Virus record (IMG/VR): IMGVR_UViG_3300025162_000024
Coordinates: 60,319 to 124,318 of that record
Direction: 5' to 3' (one strand)
Length of the DNA stretch: 64,000 bases
Origin: a virus
Positions 1 to 9,457 of the stretch are shown here, in pieces. Made by a program: the position numbers and the translations under genes. Numbering within the stretch: position 1 is the first letter of the stretch; each line of letters begins with the position of its first letter. The notes under the pieces are model-generated. The model was given only the letters and a program-made list of their open reading frames with translations. It ran no database searches and was not told where the DNA came from.

Positions 1-123
1 TTCAGCCATCTTGGCCAGCCGCTTGGCCTTCTTCTGACTCGTTTTCCCCTTGAACCGAGGAGTACGCTGCACTGGGGTCTCGAATGGCTTGTCCGGCCTC
101 CAGTTGGCATTGGCTAAAGCCAC
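1..123 (-). CDS. hypothetical protein, 3' end beyond window
   Basis: GTG start overlapping the upstream ORF; open to the window edge (MALANANWRPDKPF...). Confidence 0.4.
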   Translation of the reverse strand, partial: MALANANWRPDKPFETPVQRTPRFKGKTSQKKAKRLAKMAE

Positions 124-248
124 TTGACTCCCTTCCCGCACAGACGGCACCTATGATTATCTCCGGACCAGCGGAACTCACTGTTCTTGGTCGGGCGGTA
201 CCAGTGCAGCCCCAAGTCGCAGAACATGAGCTTAAGAAGGGTACGCAT
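114..248 (-). CDS. small Cys/His hypothetical protein
   Basis: MRTLLKLMFCDLGLHW...CRLCG, 44 aa; overlaps neighbouring genes. Confidence 0.5.
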   Translation of the reverse strand: MRTLLKLMFCDLGLHWYRPTKNSEFRWSGDNHRCRLCGKGVKWL

Positions 249-1245
249 TGGACCGGCCCCTCTTGTACTCGGAGAGCATTGACAATATGCAATCGGGATC
301 GTGCAGTACCCCTGACTCAACATCTGCCCGTTCCGCACAATCACTACACCAGTATGCGCCAGACACAACGTCAAACTCGACAATATTCTCACACAGTGTC
401 TCTTCCAGCTGATCGATCAGGGCATCAGCCTCCTTCAGCCTGTACTCAGCCGTCTTACCAGCCTTGGCCATACGGAAGATGCCGCGAAGATCATCGCAGT
501 TCTTGGCCTTGGAGAGCCTCCGGCACTCGTCACTCCCGCACTTTCCGGCTACGCACCCCGTACACACCCAATACTCGTCGGTCTCCGGGACCAGCTCGTA
601 GGAGACCCCGTCGATCACCCCGGACCAGAGAACCTTTGGCTCGACCTTCTTCGCCCATTCGGCCAGCGACTTCTTAGCCTGCTCATCCGGTATCCGCTTC
701 AAAGAGCTCGAATCCTCTGTGCGTGTGGCAGGCTCTGACTTCCCGTCATCCCGGTGGAAGACACCGGCGGGGAACTCGTAGATCCCGTGACGACCCTCTC
801 CGATATCGTAATACCGAGGCTTCTTCTCCCTCTCAGCCGCCCACCGGGCCATGATCCCCCTGGCCAACCTGAGCGAGATCGGGCGGATGCAACTGTTATC
901 CTCTTCGGACAGGGCCGAGGCGATCCCCTCTTTCTGGTGGACGAGGCGGGCCGGGAACTCCCAGATCGCCCTGATCTCTTCGTCTGTGGTCGATGTAGAC
1001 GCGTAGAACCGGACGGACTCTGCAGGCTTCCACGGGAATTCGGAGAGGAACGGGGCTCGAAGCACGTAGCTATCCCCGTACGCCCCCTTCAACAGGCACT
1101 GGCCGTCGTAAACCGCCAGGTCCTCGTAGGTGCACGGTCCGACGGCCAGCACCGGCAGCAGCCGGTCAATCCATACGATCTTGTCTCCAACACGGATCGG
1201 CTGACCCTGTTTGGGGTCGCCATTTGCATATGTAGGGGTCATCAT
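232..1245 (-). CDS. RWY-repeat family protein (2 repeats, Cys-rich IDGV-YE domain, C-terminal CxxC...H..C)
   Basis: AAGGAG SD; repeats RFY...IWEFPA...IS...W and RYY...IYEFPAG...IP.EQAK..LAEW. Confidence 0.85.
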   Translation of the reverse strand: MMTPTYANGDPKQGQPIRVGDKIVWIDRLLPVLAVGPCTYEDLAVYDGQCLLKGAYGDSYVLRAPFLSEFPWKPAESVRFYASTSTTDEEIRAIWEFPARLVHQKEGIASALSEEDNSCIRPISLRLARGIMARWAAEREKKPRYYDIGEGRHGIYEFPAGVFHRDDGKSEPATRTEDSSSLKRIPDEQAKKSLAEWAKKVEPKVLWSGVIDGVSYELVPETDEYWVCTGCVAGKCGSDECRRLSKAKNCDDLRGIFRMAKAGKTAEYRLKEADALIDQLEETLCENIVEFDVVSGAYWCSDCAERADVESGVLHDPDCILSMLSEYKRGRSNAYPS

Positions 1246-1256
1246 TTCTCCTTATC

Positions 1257-1349
1257 TCACGGCAGAATCCACCGCAACAAGTAAAGTACAAGTCCGGCCA
1301 CCCCGGCCAGACTAACCAAGATCACGACTGCCTTCTCCACTCTGCTCAC
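1257..1349 (-). CDS. 30-aa single-TM membrane peptide
   Basis: MSRVEKAVVILVSLAGVAGLVLYLLRWILP; GTGA overlap with upstream stop; fills the gap. Confidence 0.55.
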   Translation of the reverse strand: MSRVEKAVVILVSLAGVAGLVLYLLRWILP

Positions 1350-1771
1350 TTGGCCCTCGCCTTCTTCCACCGGGCTATCTGGGCCAAAGCCACCTTCTGA
1401 GAGATACGCTTGTCCTTAAACTCCTGGCACATCTCCTCAGGGCAAGTTGGCCATGATTCGCCGCGTGGGAAGTACACTTTTCGATCCGGGTAACTCCGAA
1501 TAATGTCCCTACACCGATACCAGCGAAGAGCCGGCTTTGTAGTCTTCTTCCATGTCCGCAGGGCTCTCCCGATCTGGATAGCCAGATCCTTGGCCGCCGT
1601 AAGATCGAGGTTTAGGAGATTACCGTTGAATCCATGGGAGATAGCCAACCTATCGTCTGCAGTGAACTGTAGGCTTCCACAGAGACCAGTGCCTTTCAAT
1701 GGGAAGCCCCATGTGACATTCCCCGCCCTCAAATATTCTCTCGTATACCGCTTAGAACTGCGTTTGGTCAT
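1346..1771 (-). CDS. hypothetical protein with one C-terminal RWY repeat
   Basis: GAGGAGG SD; C-terminus RWYRCRDIIRSYPDRKVY...ISQKVALAQIARW. Confidence 0.8.
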   Translation of the reverse strand: MTKRSSKRYTREYLRAGNVTWGFPLKGTGLCGSLQFTADDRLAISHGFNGNLLNLDLTAAKDLAIQIGRALRTWKKTTKPALRWYRCRDIIRSYPDRKVYFPRGESWPTCPEEMCQEFKDKRISQKVALAQIARWKKARAK

Positions 1772-1991
1772 TTTCGGCCTCCTCAGCCATCTGTTCTGCT
1801 ATCCGCCAATCACGAGCCCTACGAGCTTCCCGGGCACGGTCATCCGCAGCCTGAATCTCCCTGCGGGCCTCCGCCGCCCGCCACCCATCCTGGTAGTCGC
1901 GGGCATCCCTTTCCCATCCATAGTAAAGACGGCTGCCTGTACGGCCCAGCCCGTAATCATCAAAGCCCTGATCGTACGTCTTTCGGCTCAC
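1752..1991 (-). CDS. hypothetical protein
   Basis: AAGGAG SD before GTG at 1991 (MSRKTYDQG...). Confidence 0.65.
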   Translation of the reverse strand: MSRKTYDQGFDDYGLGRTGSRLYYGWERDARDYQDGWRAAEARREIQAADDRAREARRARDWRIAEQMAEEAENDQTQF

Positions 1992-2155
1992 TTTGCTCCT
2001 TTCTTGGCCACATGCGGATCCAACCGCTTCAGGTACTTGCATATGCATCGGCCGTAGTGCCGCTGCTTACGCCCGTCCATACACCCGTGCTGCTTTATTT
2101 GCCGCGGGGTCATTGCCCGTCTGTGCTTGCTGCAATAGGCTGCACGTAGTTTCAT
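1988..2155 (-). CDS. small basic Cys/His protein
   Basis: MKLRAAYCSKH...GC...CICKYL, 55 aa; abuts both neighbours. Confidence 0.55.
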   Translation of the reverse strand: MKLRAAYCSKHRRAMTPRQIKQHGCMDGRKQRHYGRCICKYLKRLDPHVAKKGAK

Positions 2156-2395
2156 TCAGCTCCTGAGCTTGACGGAGGTCTCCGCACTCTTCAGCAGGGT
2201 CTGCCCGGCCACGGTCAGCATGGTAACCCTCTGTGTGGACCCAGTACGTTCCAGTACAGTGTTGAGCAGGGCCGCCTGCTGGACGACCGCCGAGTATACA
2301 GCATCCTCGCCCGCCGCATCATGGACGTTGCACGTGGTATGGAGCTCGTCACCCTCGGCCATCGTCCGGAGCTTCAGGATCTCTCTGTTCTTCAC
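2156..2395 (-). CDS. hypothetical protein
   Basis: GGAG SD, GTGA coupling. Confidence 0.65.
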   Translation of the reverse strand: MKNREILKLRTMAEGDELHTTCNVHDAAGEDAVYSAVVQQAALLNTVLERTGSTQRVTMLTVAGQTLLKSAETSVKLRS

Positions 2396-2871
2396 TCTGA
2401 CTCCGGGTAGCCCCTACGATACTTGGCGATCGCCTCACAGGTGCCCCGGTAAGACCCAGGGTAGGGACTAAAGCGATCCTCGATCTCCCCGATCAGCTTA
2501 TTGGCATCCGCCAGCTGCCGGTTGAGCCTGTCGTTGATACGACTCATAATCCATAGCCTACCCTCAGCCTGCGACATGCTCACAAGCTCGTCGCTAGTCT
2601 CCGGAAATATACTAGGAGTGGTCCTACCGTCATAGTGGCAGACGCTGGCCGGGAACTCCCAAATCACCCAGGGAGGGTTACAACCCAACTTCGATCGGTA
2701 GTAGCGTGGACCTTCCTCTTCCGCGGCCTTCCCGGCCAGCTCCTCCTTGATCTCCTTCTTCAACTCCTGGCCGTATGCGGTGATCGCCTCGGCCAATCCA
2801 TGGGCCTCCGGGACGAGCATACTGGTCTTGGTATAGATATCGTCGTACAACTTCTCGGTCTTCGTGTCCAT
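2392..2871 (-). CDS. RWY-repeat family protein (1 repeat)
   Basis: AAGGAG SD before ATG 2871 (MDTKTEK); PRYYRS...IWEFPAS...MSQAEG. Confidence 0.8.
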   Translation of the reverse strand: MDTKTEKLYDDIYTKTSMLVPEAHGLAEAITAYGQELKKEIKEELAGKAAEEEGPRYYRSKLGCNPPWVIWEFPASVCHYDGRTTPSIFPETSDELVSMSQAEGRLWIMSRINDRLNRQLADANKLIGEIEDRFSPYPGSYRGTCEAIAKYRRGYPESE

Positions 2872-2881
2872 CCCAGTCTCC

Positions 2882-3190
2882 TTATCTGGGCAGGGCCAGG
2901 GCCGCTGCCAGTTTGCATCCTTGGTCGTGGCCCTCCTCCATGGGAAAGCCACACTCGGGGCAGAACGAACTTCCGTACTCGCCACACGCATCAAGCCCAG
3001 GCTGCCACTCCACTGCTTTCAAGGCCTTTTCCATCGCCCTGATCTTCTTGTCGGCCGTGTCCAGCATCCTCCTCAGGTCCGCAATCCTCTTCTGCTGGCC
3101 GACATCAGCCTCCTCCAGCAGCTGGAGCCTGGACCGGGCACAGCCACTGAAATGAAGGTCTCCACGGCATTTCATGTCACTCATCTTCAA
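2882..3190 (-). CDS. coiled-coil / CxxC-H-C hypothetical protein
   Basis: CPECG...GHDQGCKLAAAL motif resembles the C-terminus of the 232..1245 protein. Confidence 0.7.
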   Translation of the reverse strand: MKMSDMKCRGDLHFSGCARSRLQLLEEADVGQQKRIADLRRMLDTADKKIRAMEKALKAVEWQPGLDACGEYGSSFCPECGFPMEEGHDQGCKLAAALALPR

Positions 3191-3434
3191 ACTCCAGGCT
3201 AGTCATGTCATGATCGCAGGTAACCGAGGGGCTGGTCAGTGATTCTCCGGCCAAGGCTGCGTGGTACACCGCTCGCAGGTCCCTCTTCAGGTCTTTCATC
3301 TCTGTAGCAGACATCCCACTCTGGCCCTCAGCGTTCGCCACGGTACACGCCTTGATCAGCCCTTCCAGGACATCGAGCACCCCATAGGCCTTTACAGCCT
3401 CGTCAATGGCCACCCTAAGAAATGGACTTATCAT
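3177..3434 (-). CDS. hypothetical protein
   Basis: SD before MISPFL; operon-like packing. Confidence 0.6.
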   Translation of the reverse strand: MISPFLRVAIDEAVKAYGVLDVLEGLIKACTVANAEGQSGMSATEMKDLKRDLRAVYHAALAGESLTSPSVTCDHDMTSLEFEDE

Positions 3435-3666
3435 GCTTCTTTCCTCTCCGGGCTTCCCGCTTCTCAGCGGCACTAAAGCTCAACCATCGCTCTACCGCCT
3501 CTTTGAGACAGGCAGGGCACATCTTACGGGTCAGGTTGGGGTCTCCACCGGTTACTCGGACCACGGTAAAGCAGTGATTCTTGCACTTACAACAGATATG
3601 TCTCTGTCCGCGGCCCCTGGTTGGGTATGCCATGCTCGCCCACGGGGCTCTCTGTTCTTTGGCCAT
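3415..3666 (-). CDS. zinc-ribbon hypothetical protein
   Basis: AGGAG SD; CCKC...CPAC. Confidence 0.6.
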   Translation of the reverse strand: MAKEQRAPWASMAYPTRGRGQRHICCKCKNHCFTVVRVTGGDPNLTRKMCPACLKEAVERWLSFSAAEKREARRGKKHDKSIS

Positions 3667-3673
3667 GAGTCTC

Positions 3674-3919
3674 CTACCGGTTGAACCAGACAACGTGCGT
3701 TGCGTCGGACGGGATATCCTCGGCGGCCGTAGACGGGCAGATGACTATGGACGTATCCGACATCCCGTCTCGAACAGGATGGCCGTATCCATCGTAGTCT
3801 ATGAACGCACCGCTCTCAACGGCCTGTATGAACTCTGCAACGGTATAAACGTCGTCCTCGTGCCCACACCCATAACAGTTGGTTTTGCTGAACTTAACTG
3901 GCTCGGTGTACGCCATCAC
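3674..3919 (-). CDS. phage hypothetical protein
   Basis: AAGGAG SD; FIDYDGYGH...ATHVVWFNR. Confidence 0.7.
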   Translation of the reverse strand: MMAYTEPVKFSKTNCYGCGHEDDVYTVAEFIQAVESGAFIDYDGYGHPVRDGMSDTSIVICPSTAAEDIPSDATHVVWFNR

Positions 3920-4566
3920 TTCTCCTTATTCTCTTCCACCCATTTACGCAGGTATGTCTTAACATTCCGATGCCATTCACGGGGATCATCGCTCGGCAGG
4001 TTCATTGCCGCATACCTGGTCGTAGTCAGACCCATGGCCTCTTGCAGCTCCCCTGATGCTCTAGCCAGTGGCAAATATAGCCATGACGGGGTCAGCACAA
4101 TAGCCAGCTTGTCCGCTACGCACAGACGAGAGAACAGCTTCCCATCCCGCTTAGCGTAGAACCGGGAGTGATAGAGGCAGAAGTCTTGCCAGTAAAATCG
4201 CAGCTGACAGCTGCAATACGGGGCCTCGACAGACACCCATTTAGTCCTACAATGGGGGCACTTCCACTCTGAGCAGTTGATTCCCGGATAAGTGTCATAC
4301 CATTCGCACTTCTCGGCCCCCTTCTTAATGAAAGGCCGATCGAACAGCCAGTGCATCAGGCGGGCACCAAACTCAACGTGCTTCTCGCCCTCGGCATCAT
4401 CCATTTTCCGACAGCCTACGTACCCCAAATCATGTGTGAAGAACGCCACCCAGAGCCTGGGATCCCAGGGGAAACCATAAAGAGACCACCATGCCCACAT
4501 AACGAACCAGCCATGGAGAAGAAAGCAGTGGGCTCCGAATAGAACTGACTTAGTCCCTCGCGTCAA
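3916..4566 (-). CDS. putative HD-like phosphohydrolase with Cys-rich insertion
   Basis: H...HDLGY...H...YHSRFY...ADKL pattern. Confidence 0.5.
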   Translation of the reverse strand: MTRGTKSVLFGAHCFLLHGWFVMWAWWSLYGFPWDPRLWVAFFTHDLGYVGCRKMDDAEGEKHVEFGARLMHWLFDRPFIKKGAEKCEWYDTYPGINCSEWKCPHCRTKWVSVEAPYCSCQLRFYWQDFCLYHSRFYAKRDGKLFSRLCVADKLAIVLTPSWLYLPLARASGELQEAMGLTTTRYAAMNLPSDDPREWHRNVKTYLRKWVEENKEK

Positions 4567-4783
4567 CTGAACCCACCTTCCCCCATCTCCTAATGGCCTT
4601 CTTCATATCCTTCATGAGCACAGGGACATCCACGGTCTTCCTGACGATCTCATTGCCGCCAGTCCCATCCCTGCGTATAACGTCCACTACGAGCAACCCG
4701 GTTGTCTCGTTGAAGAAGAACGACAGGCTATGGCCGTTGGCCAGCTCTACGTAATGATTGTGTATGATGTTTTCTTCATCCAT
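4550..4783 (-). CDS. hypothetical protein
   Basis: ORF overlaps neighbours in operon fashion. Confidence 0.65.
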   Translation of the reverse strand: MDEENIIHNHYVELANGHSLSFFFNETTGLLVVDVIRRDGTGGNEIVRKTVDVPVLMKDMKKAIRRWGKVGSVDARD

Positions 4784-4991
4784 TGGCCTGCTTCTCCGTA
4801 AACGCTGTCAAGGTCTCCCTGAACGCCAGATTCTCTTCGCAGATCTCGGCCAACTCCGTGGCCTGCTGGATCTGCTTGAGCCACCCGGGGGCCGCCGGGC
4901 AATCTGGCCAATTCGTATACTTCCGCTGGAACTCCGCAGCCTGCTGTCGGTAGTTAGCTGCCCGCTCCGCTATCCGCTTTGAACTAGGCAT
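4776..4991 (-). CDS. hypothetical protein
   Basis: GGGAGG SD. Confidence 0.65.
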   Translation of the reverse strand: MPSSKRIAERAANYRQQAAEFQRKYTNWPDCPAAPGWLKQIQQATELAEICEENLAFRETLTAFTEKQANG

Positions 4992-5003
4992 TATCCTCCC
5001 ATC

Positions 5004-5039
5004 AAAAGAGCCAGGCCCCAGACTGGCCGGGGCCTGGCT
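5004..5039 (-). terminator. rho-independent terminator-like hairpin
   Basis: 11-bp stem AGCCAGGCCCC/GGGGCCTGGCT followed by CTTTT on the minus strand. Confidence 0.6.
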
Positions 5040-5132
5040 GACCTGTCTTCATCCCTACCGGCTGACGAGCTCGGCTACCCGCTTCTCCAGCCTGGAGATC
5101 GTCTCACGCTGATCATAGTTCAGCTGCCGCTG

Positions 5133-6395
5133 TTAGGCAGCCCAGTCCTCGAGCTGCTTGATCTTCTCATTTCGCTTGACGAGCTCAGCACTCTCCTCCT
5201 CGTTCAACTCTTTGAACTGAACCAGGCGAGTCTCGAGATCCTTGATCAACGTATCCCGCTCCTTGAGCAGCTGATCGTGGAGCTTGACGGTGACAAACTC
5301 TACATCACCCTGCACCGTACTGTAGGGATTCCTGATTCCGGCACGAATCACATGCATACCCTCTGAATCCTGGCGAACAGTTATGCACGGGCTCTGCTCC
5401 GGATTCCAGACATTAGCCGGCTTCTTCGCCTTCTTCCACCCCGCGATCAGCTCTTCGGCCTTCTCGGCAGTGACCAGCTTGGCACCCCAGCCAATCGCTT
5501 CTTGCTCCGAGCACTCGCACGCTTCGCCCTCTGGAATACTGCAGCTGTAGAATCTGCCTTCGGGGAACGCACGTAGAGTGTTGTTATGCCTGAGCAGATA
5601 CCAGCGGGTTGCCGGCTTCGGCTTCCACCCTGAGATGACTCTCTGGGCTTCCTCGGGTGTCACCTTCTCTGTCTTGTCCCGTATAAGCCACCACTCACGG
5701 CCAACATGGGAGATCGCGGATCCATCTGGCTGGGAACAAATATAAAACATACGCCCCGGGTAGGTCCAGAGAACAGTCTTGTCAGAGCTCCGGTACCAGC
5801 GCTCGCCCGGCATCTGCTGAACACGCCAGGCGGCGATCATAGCCTTGGCATCTTCCTCCGGGATCAGCTCGCTCCCGTTGGTCTTGACCTCAGACTCAAC
5901 GATAGCCACGCGGCCTTGCGGATAGTTCGACGTATAGAACTTACCGGCCGGGTACTCCCAGAGCAGATTCTCATCCTTCAGATACCAGCGGATGGCCTCT
6001 ACAGGCTTCGGAGTCCACTGAGCAATGAGCTCCTTGGCCCGCTCCTGGGTGACCTGAGGATGCCCGTCTCGGATCACTTCCCACTCGGATACATAGCACT
6101 GGAAGCCGTCTGAACGCCCTGAACCATACGCCAGGCCGGCCGGGAACTCCCAGAGATACATCGAACTCGCGTACCAGCGGACCAGGCTCCGACTTTCCCG
6201 TTTCCACACCTCGATCCTGGCCCTAGCCTCTTCAGCCGAGATCAGCTTATGCTTTCCCTTGTGGAAATCCTCAGTGTCCATGGCCAGCCCGCCCCCCGTG
6301 TTCCCCTTGTAGTAGAATCTCCGGGCAGGATATTCCCAGATCCCGTCATTGTCCCTCAGATACCAGCGGGTCTCTTCTGTTGTCTTGGTGTTCAT
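5133..6395 (-). CDS. RWY-repeat family protein (5 repeats + coiled coil)
   Basis: AAAGGAGATTGCT-ATG; five RWY...W(E/T)YP...(I/V)(S/T)xExA...W units. Confidence 0.9.
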   Translation of the reverse strand: MNTKTTEETRWYLRDNDGIWEYPARRFYYKGNTGGGLAMDTEDFHKGKHKLISAEEARARIEVWKRESRSLVRWYASSMYLWEFPAGLAYGSGRSDGFQCYVSEWEVIRDGHPQVTQERAKELIAQWTPKPVEAIRWYLKDENLLWEYPAGKFYTSNYPQGRVAIVESEVKTNGSELIPEEDAKAMIAAWRVQQMPGERWYRSSDKTVLWTYPGRMFYICSQPDGSAISHVGREWWLIRDKTEKVTPEEAQRVISGWKPKPATRWYLLRHNNTLRAFPEGRFYSCSIPEGEACECSEQEAIGWGAKLVTAEKAEELIAGWKKAKKPANVWNPEQSPCITVRQDSEGMHVIRAGIRNPYSTVQGDVEFVTVKLHDQLLKERDTLIKDLETRLVQFKELNEEESAELVKRNEKIKQLEDWAA

Positions 6396-6418
6396 AGCAA
6401 TCTCCTTTGTTTGGCATG

Positions 6419-6443
6419 GGGGCCCTCCACGGTGGAGGGCCCC
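6419..6443. terminator. GC-rich intergenic palindrome (terminator or RNA stabiliser)
   Basis: GGGGCCCTCCAC-G-GTGGAGGGCCCC. Confidence 0.45.
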
Positions 6444-6459
6444 TAGGACCTAGACGTGG

Positions 6460-7728
6460 CTAGGCCGACTTCTCGTTGATCTCTTTGAGCGTACCTTGCA
6501 GCTCGCGGATATGTCTGGCCTGGGCCAGTCCCCGATCAGTCAGATCCGAGATCTTCCTGCGAAGCTCTGTGTCCTGCTCTTTCTGAGCCTCCCAGCCGGC
6601 GAATACAGCTTTCGCCACATCCATCGAGATCTTCACATACTCGCGATCAGGGCCTGAGTAGACCGATTCGTGCTCATACCCATAGAGCTTACCTCCCTTG
6701 GGCTCGTGCGGGCTGTAATAGGTGTGATCAGGGTAGGTCACGATATGCTGCCCGCCCGTCGCCAGATATGCCCGCTTCTCCTCGACCTTCGGAGCTCGCC
6801 ACTCAGCGAGGAGCGCCTGAGCCTGCTCAGGAGTGATACTGAGGTACTGCGAACCCATATCTTTCTCTCCCCATTGGAGGGTACGGCCATCGGCAGAGTA
6901 TTCGGAGTACCCTTTACCGGCCGGGAACTCAACCAGAAACTTGTGGTCGGAGGTGATGAACCACCGGACCTTAGGGGCCTTCCACTCAGCGATCTGCTTC
7001 TCGAACTGCTCCCGACTGATCTGGGTGAAATCTTTGTTCTTAGAATAAACGGTCTCCGCCTCTTCCCCCGACAGTTTCACGCCATTCAGATTGTTCTGGC
7101 GGTAACAGATGCAGTCCGGGTACTCCACGATATTCCCAGTCACCTTCGACTGGTGATACCGCTTCGGAGCCCAGTCCGCCAGCTGCTTCTTGGCCTCCTC
7201 CGTAGAGATCCGGGCGTATCCACGCCATTTGCCGGAGATGACGTCGGACTCGGCCATGCACGTTGAATCCCCTGCCCTGGTCTCAGAGTTGTAGTACATG
7301 TTCGCCGGGTACATCACCAGGTGCAGCCCGTCATGAAACCTGTACCACCGTTCCTCCACTAGCTGGGTCGGAGACAGACGATCGTCAATCGCCTGGTTGA
7401 TCGCCTTGGTCAGCCGGGTGGCGGCCGATCCGTTGTAGCCATCCTGGGCCTCTGCCAACGCCATTTCAACCTGGTCTTTTACCTTGTTCATGGACCTCTC
7501 CTTTATCCTTTGAAGTTTCTCGTATATCTGGGCCAGACGGTTGTCCTGCTTCCAAGACAACCGGCGTGACCGCCATGACCCGCTCAGGCTGAGGACGAAC
7601 CCGACTTCCCAGTAGGTAAGGTCACGGTCCGCCCCCAGCGCACAATCCAGCATCTCACACTGCTCTGCAGTCACCTGGTATATCCTGCCGGACAATGTCC
7701 GGCCCTGGATAGGTGTGGCTATTGCCAC
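6460..7728 (-). CDS. RWY-repeat family protein (4 repeats + coiled coil); strong internal start at 7491
   Basis: four repeats; AAGGAGAGG SD before in-frame ATG 7491 (MNKVKDQ). Confidence 0.85.
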   Translation of the reverse strand: MAIATPIQGRTLSGRIYQVTAEQCEMLDCALGADRDLTYWEVGFVLSLSGSWRSRRLSWKQDNRLAQIYEKLQRIKERSMNKVKDQVEMALAEAQDGYNGSAATRLTKAINQAIDDRLSPTQLVEERWYRFHDGLHLVMYPANMYYNSETRAGDSTCMAESDVISGKWRGYARISTEEAKKQLADWAPKRYHQSKVTGNIVEYPDCICYRQNNLNGVKLSGEEAETVYSKNKDFTQISREQFEKQIAEWKAPKVRWFITSDHKFLVEFPAGKGYSEYSADGRTLQWGEKDMGSQYLSITPEQAQALLAEWRAPKVEEKRAYLATGGQHIVTYPDHTYYSPHEPKGGKLYGYEHESVYSGPDREYVKISMDVAKAVFAGWEAQKEQDTELRRKISDLTDRGLAQARHIRELQGTLKEINEKSA

Positions 7729-9071
7729 AAAACTCGGACCAGCTGCTTGGTCTGAGCCAGCTGAAGCTCCTCCCGGAGATCGGACAGCTCCTCTTTGAGC
7801 TCGGAGACCTGCGTAGTCAGCTCGTTGATCTCATCCTCGTCCTCGTCCGCGGCCGTCTCGAGCTCGTCGATCTCGTCCTGGAGCCCGTTGTTCTCCTTGT
7901 GGAGCAGTTCGATCTGCTCCCGGAGCCCGGTACGCTCTAATCCCATCTCAGACAGGCGACGATCACTGTCCTTCAGAGCCGACCGCAGGTAGGCCACATC
8001 CCCCTGAAGCCCTTCGATCTTCTCCTCGACAGCCGGCTGCTTGGGAAAGGCCCTCTGCTGTTCCCAGGCCTGGATCTGGGCAGCGGCCTCCTCGGCAGAG
8101 ATCGGCTGATGGTTGGCATCTCTCTCAAGATCTCCTGCACGAACCGGACCATCGTAGGCATCCCAGTAGACACCTGTGCCGTTCGCGTACTTCCAGATCA
8201 CACGGATAGGTCCGCCCACGCTCCGATACCAGTGCTCTTCCCGGGCCTTACGGGCATCTTCCCAGGCCTTGACCTGGGCCATGCCCTCTTCTGCCGAGAT
8301 CCGAACATGATAAGTGTCAAGCTCGTGGTCCGGCGCTGGGAGTGGCCCACAGGCCTTATTCCAGAACTCACCTTTTCCGTTCTGGTACCGCCAGACAACC
8401 GTACGATCGCAATCGGTATACCATCGCACCTCAGCGATCTTCCGGGCCTCTTCCCAGGTCTTGATCAGCATCTGGGCGTCCGAGGCCGCGATCGGAACTG
8501 TCATCAGTGACTCGTAGCAGCTTGAAGGTCTCGGACCGCCCCCTTCATTCCAGAACTCGCCCTCGCCCGCTACAAACCGCCAGATACCAGAGCGGTAGGT
8601 ATCCGTGTACCAATGCTCTTCCCGGGTCTTGCGAGCATCTTCCCACGCCTTGAGCTGAGCCTGCCCCTCTTCTGCAGAGATCGGCAGGTGCCACGAGGCG
8701 GTCTCGTCATCCGTAGCCGTGAACGCGATGCGGTTCTTGTTCCACCACTCACCCTTGTGATCGGTATACCGCCAGATGGTCAGGCCCGTGACGTACCCGG
8801 TGTCCTCGCTCTTATACCAGCGTTCTTCTACGGGCTGGGGTGTCTCTCGGGTCAGCGGGCCGTACTGAACGAACTCCAGGCCATTCCCGGTCCGGGCCCA
8901 GACCACTCCGCCATCCGGGAGGCCGAGGCACACGCCCAGCTCCTGCGAGAAGCACTCCACTTCGCCCATCTGGCCGAGGCTGGTCCGCACCACATGCCCG
9001 ACTTCAACCGGCTGTCCGTTACGGACGCCGCGAGTATAGTAAGGACGCTCTGTCATATTCTTCGATTCCAT
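7719..9071 (-). CDS. RWY-repeat family protein, WRY..G.GEFWN subtype (4 repeats + acidic coiled coil)
   Basis: repeats end in ISAEEGxAQxKAWEDARK-like motifs; start placed at MESKN. Confidence 0.88.
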   Translation of the reverse strand: MESKNMTERPYYTRGVRNGQPVEVGHVVRTSLGQMGEVECFSQELGVCLGLPDGGVVWARTGNGLEFVQYGPLTRETPQPVEERWYKSEDTGYVTGLTIWRYTDHKGEWWNKNRIAFTATDDETASWHLPISAEEGQAQLKAWEDARKTREEHWYTDTYRSGIWRFVAGEGEFWNEGGGPRPSSCYESLMTVPIAASDAQMLIKTWEEARKIAEVRWYTDCDRTVVWRYQNGKGEFWNKACGPLPAPDHELDTYHVRISAEEGMAQVKAWEDARKAREEHWYRSVGGPIRVIWKYANGTGVYWDAYDGPVRAGDLERDANHQPISAEEAAAQIQAWEQQRAFPKQPAVEEKIEGLQGDVAYLRSALKDSDRRLSEMGLERTGLREQIELLHKENNGLQDEIDELETAADEDEDEINELTTQVSELKEELSDLREELQLAQTKQLVRVLWQ

Positions 9072-9109
9072 CTTCAAACCCTTTCTCGGCCATCTACGTG
9101 GCCTTAAGT

Positions 9110-9457
9110 TCATTCCACTAGATCTGCACGATCCTCAAACGCCTGGACAAGGTTGTCCCACTCATTCCTGGAATACTTGACACTCACGTTCAGCCTGTAG
9201 GTAACCGTCACCTGGTCATAAGCCACATACCGCATGGGGCTCCCACCGCCCAGGTCAGGCCAGACCTTGGCCGGTAGATCCCGACAATCAGAACAGCGGA
9301 CTCCACCACTCCCACGCAGCCGGCACCCGCACTGGGCACAGACCCGGCCACGGACGCTGCACTCTGCCTCGTACCGGGCCTCGCACTCATTGGAGCAAAA
9401 CGGGAAGCGGTGGGAAGGGATCTTCCCACCGCACATCGGACACAAGTTCCTGTCCAA
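9110..9457 (-). CDS. multi-CxxC zinc-finger protein
   Basis: AAGGAGGT SD before TTG; CPMC, CSNEC, CAQC, CSDC. Confidence 0.6.
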   Translation of the reverse strand: MDRNLCPMCGGKIPSHRFPFCSNECEARYEAECSVRGRVCAQCGCRLRGSGGVRCSDCRDLPAKVWPDLGGGSPMRYVAYDQVTVTYRLNVSVKYSRNEWDNLVQAFEDRADLVE

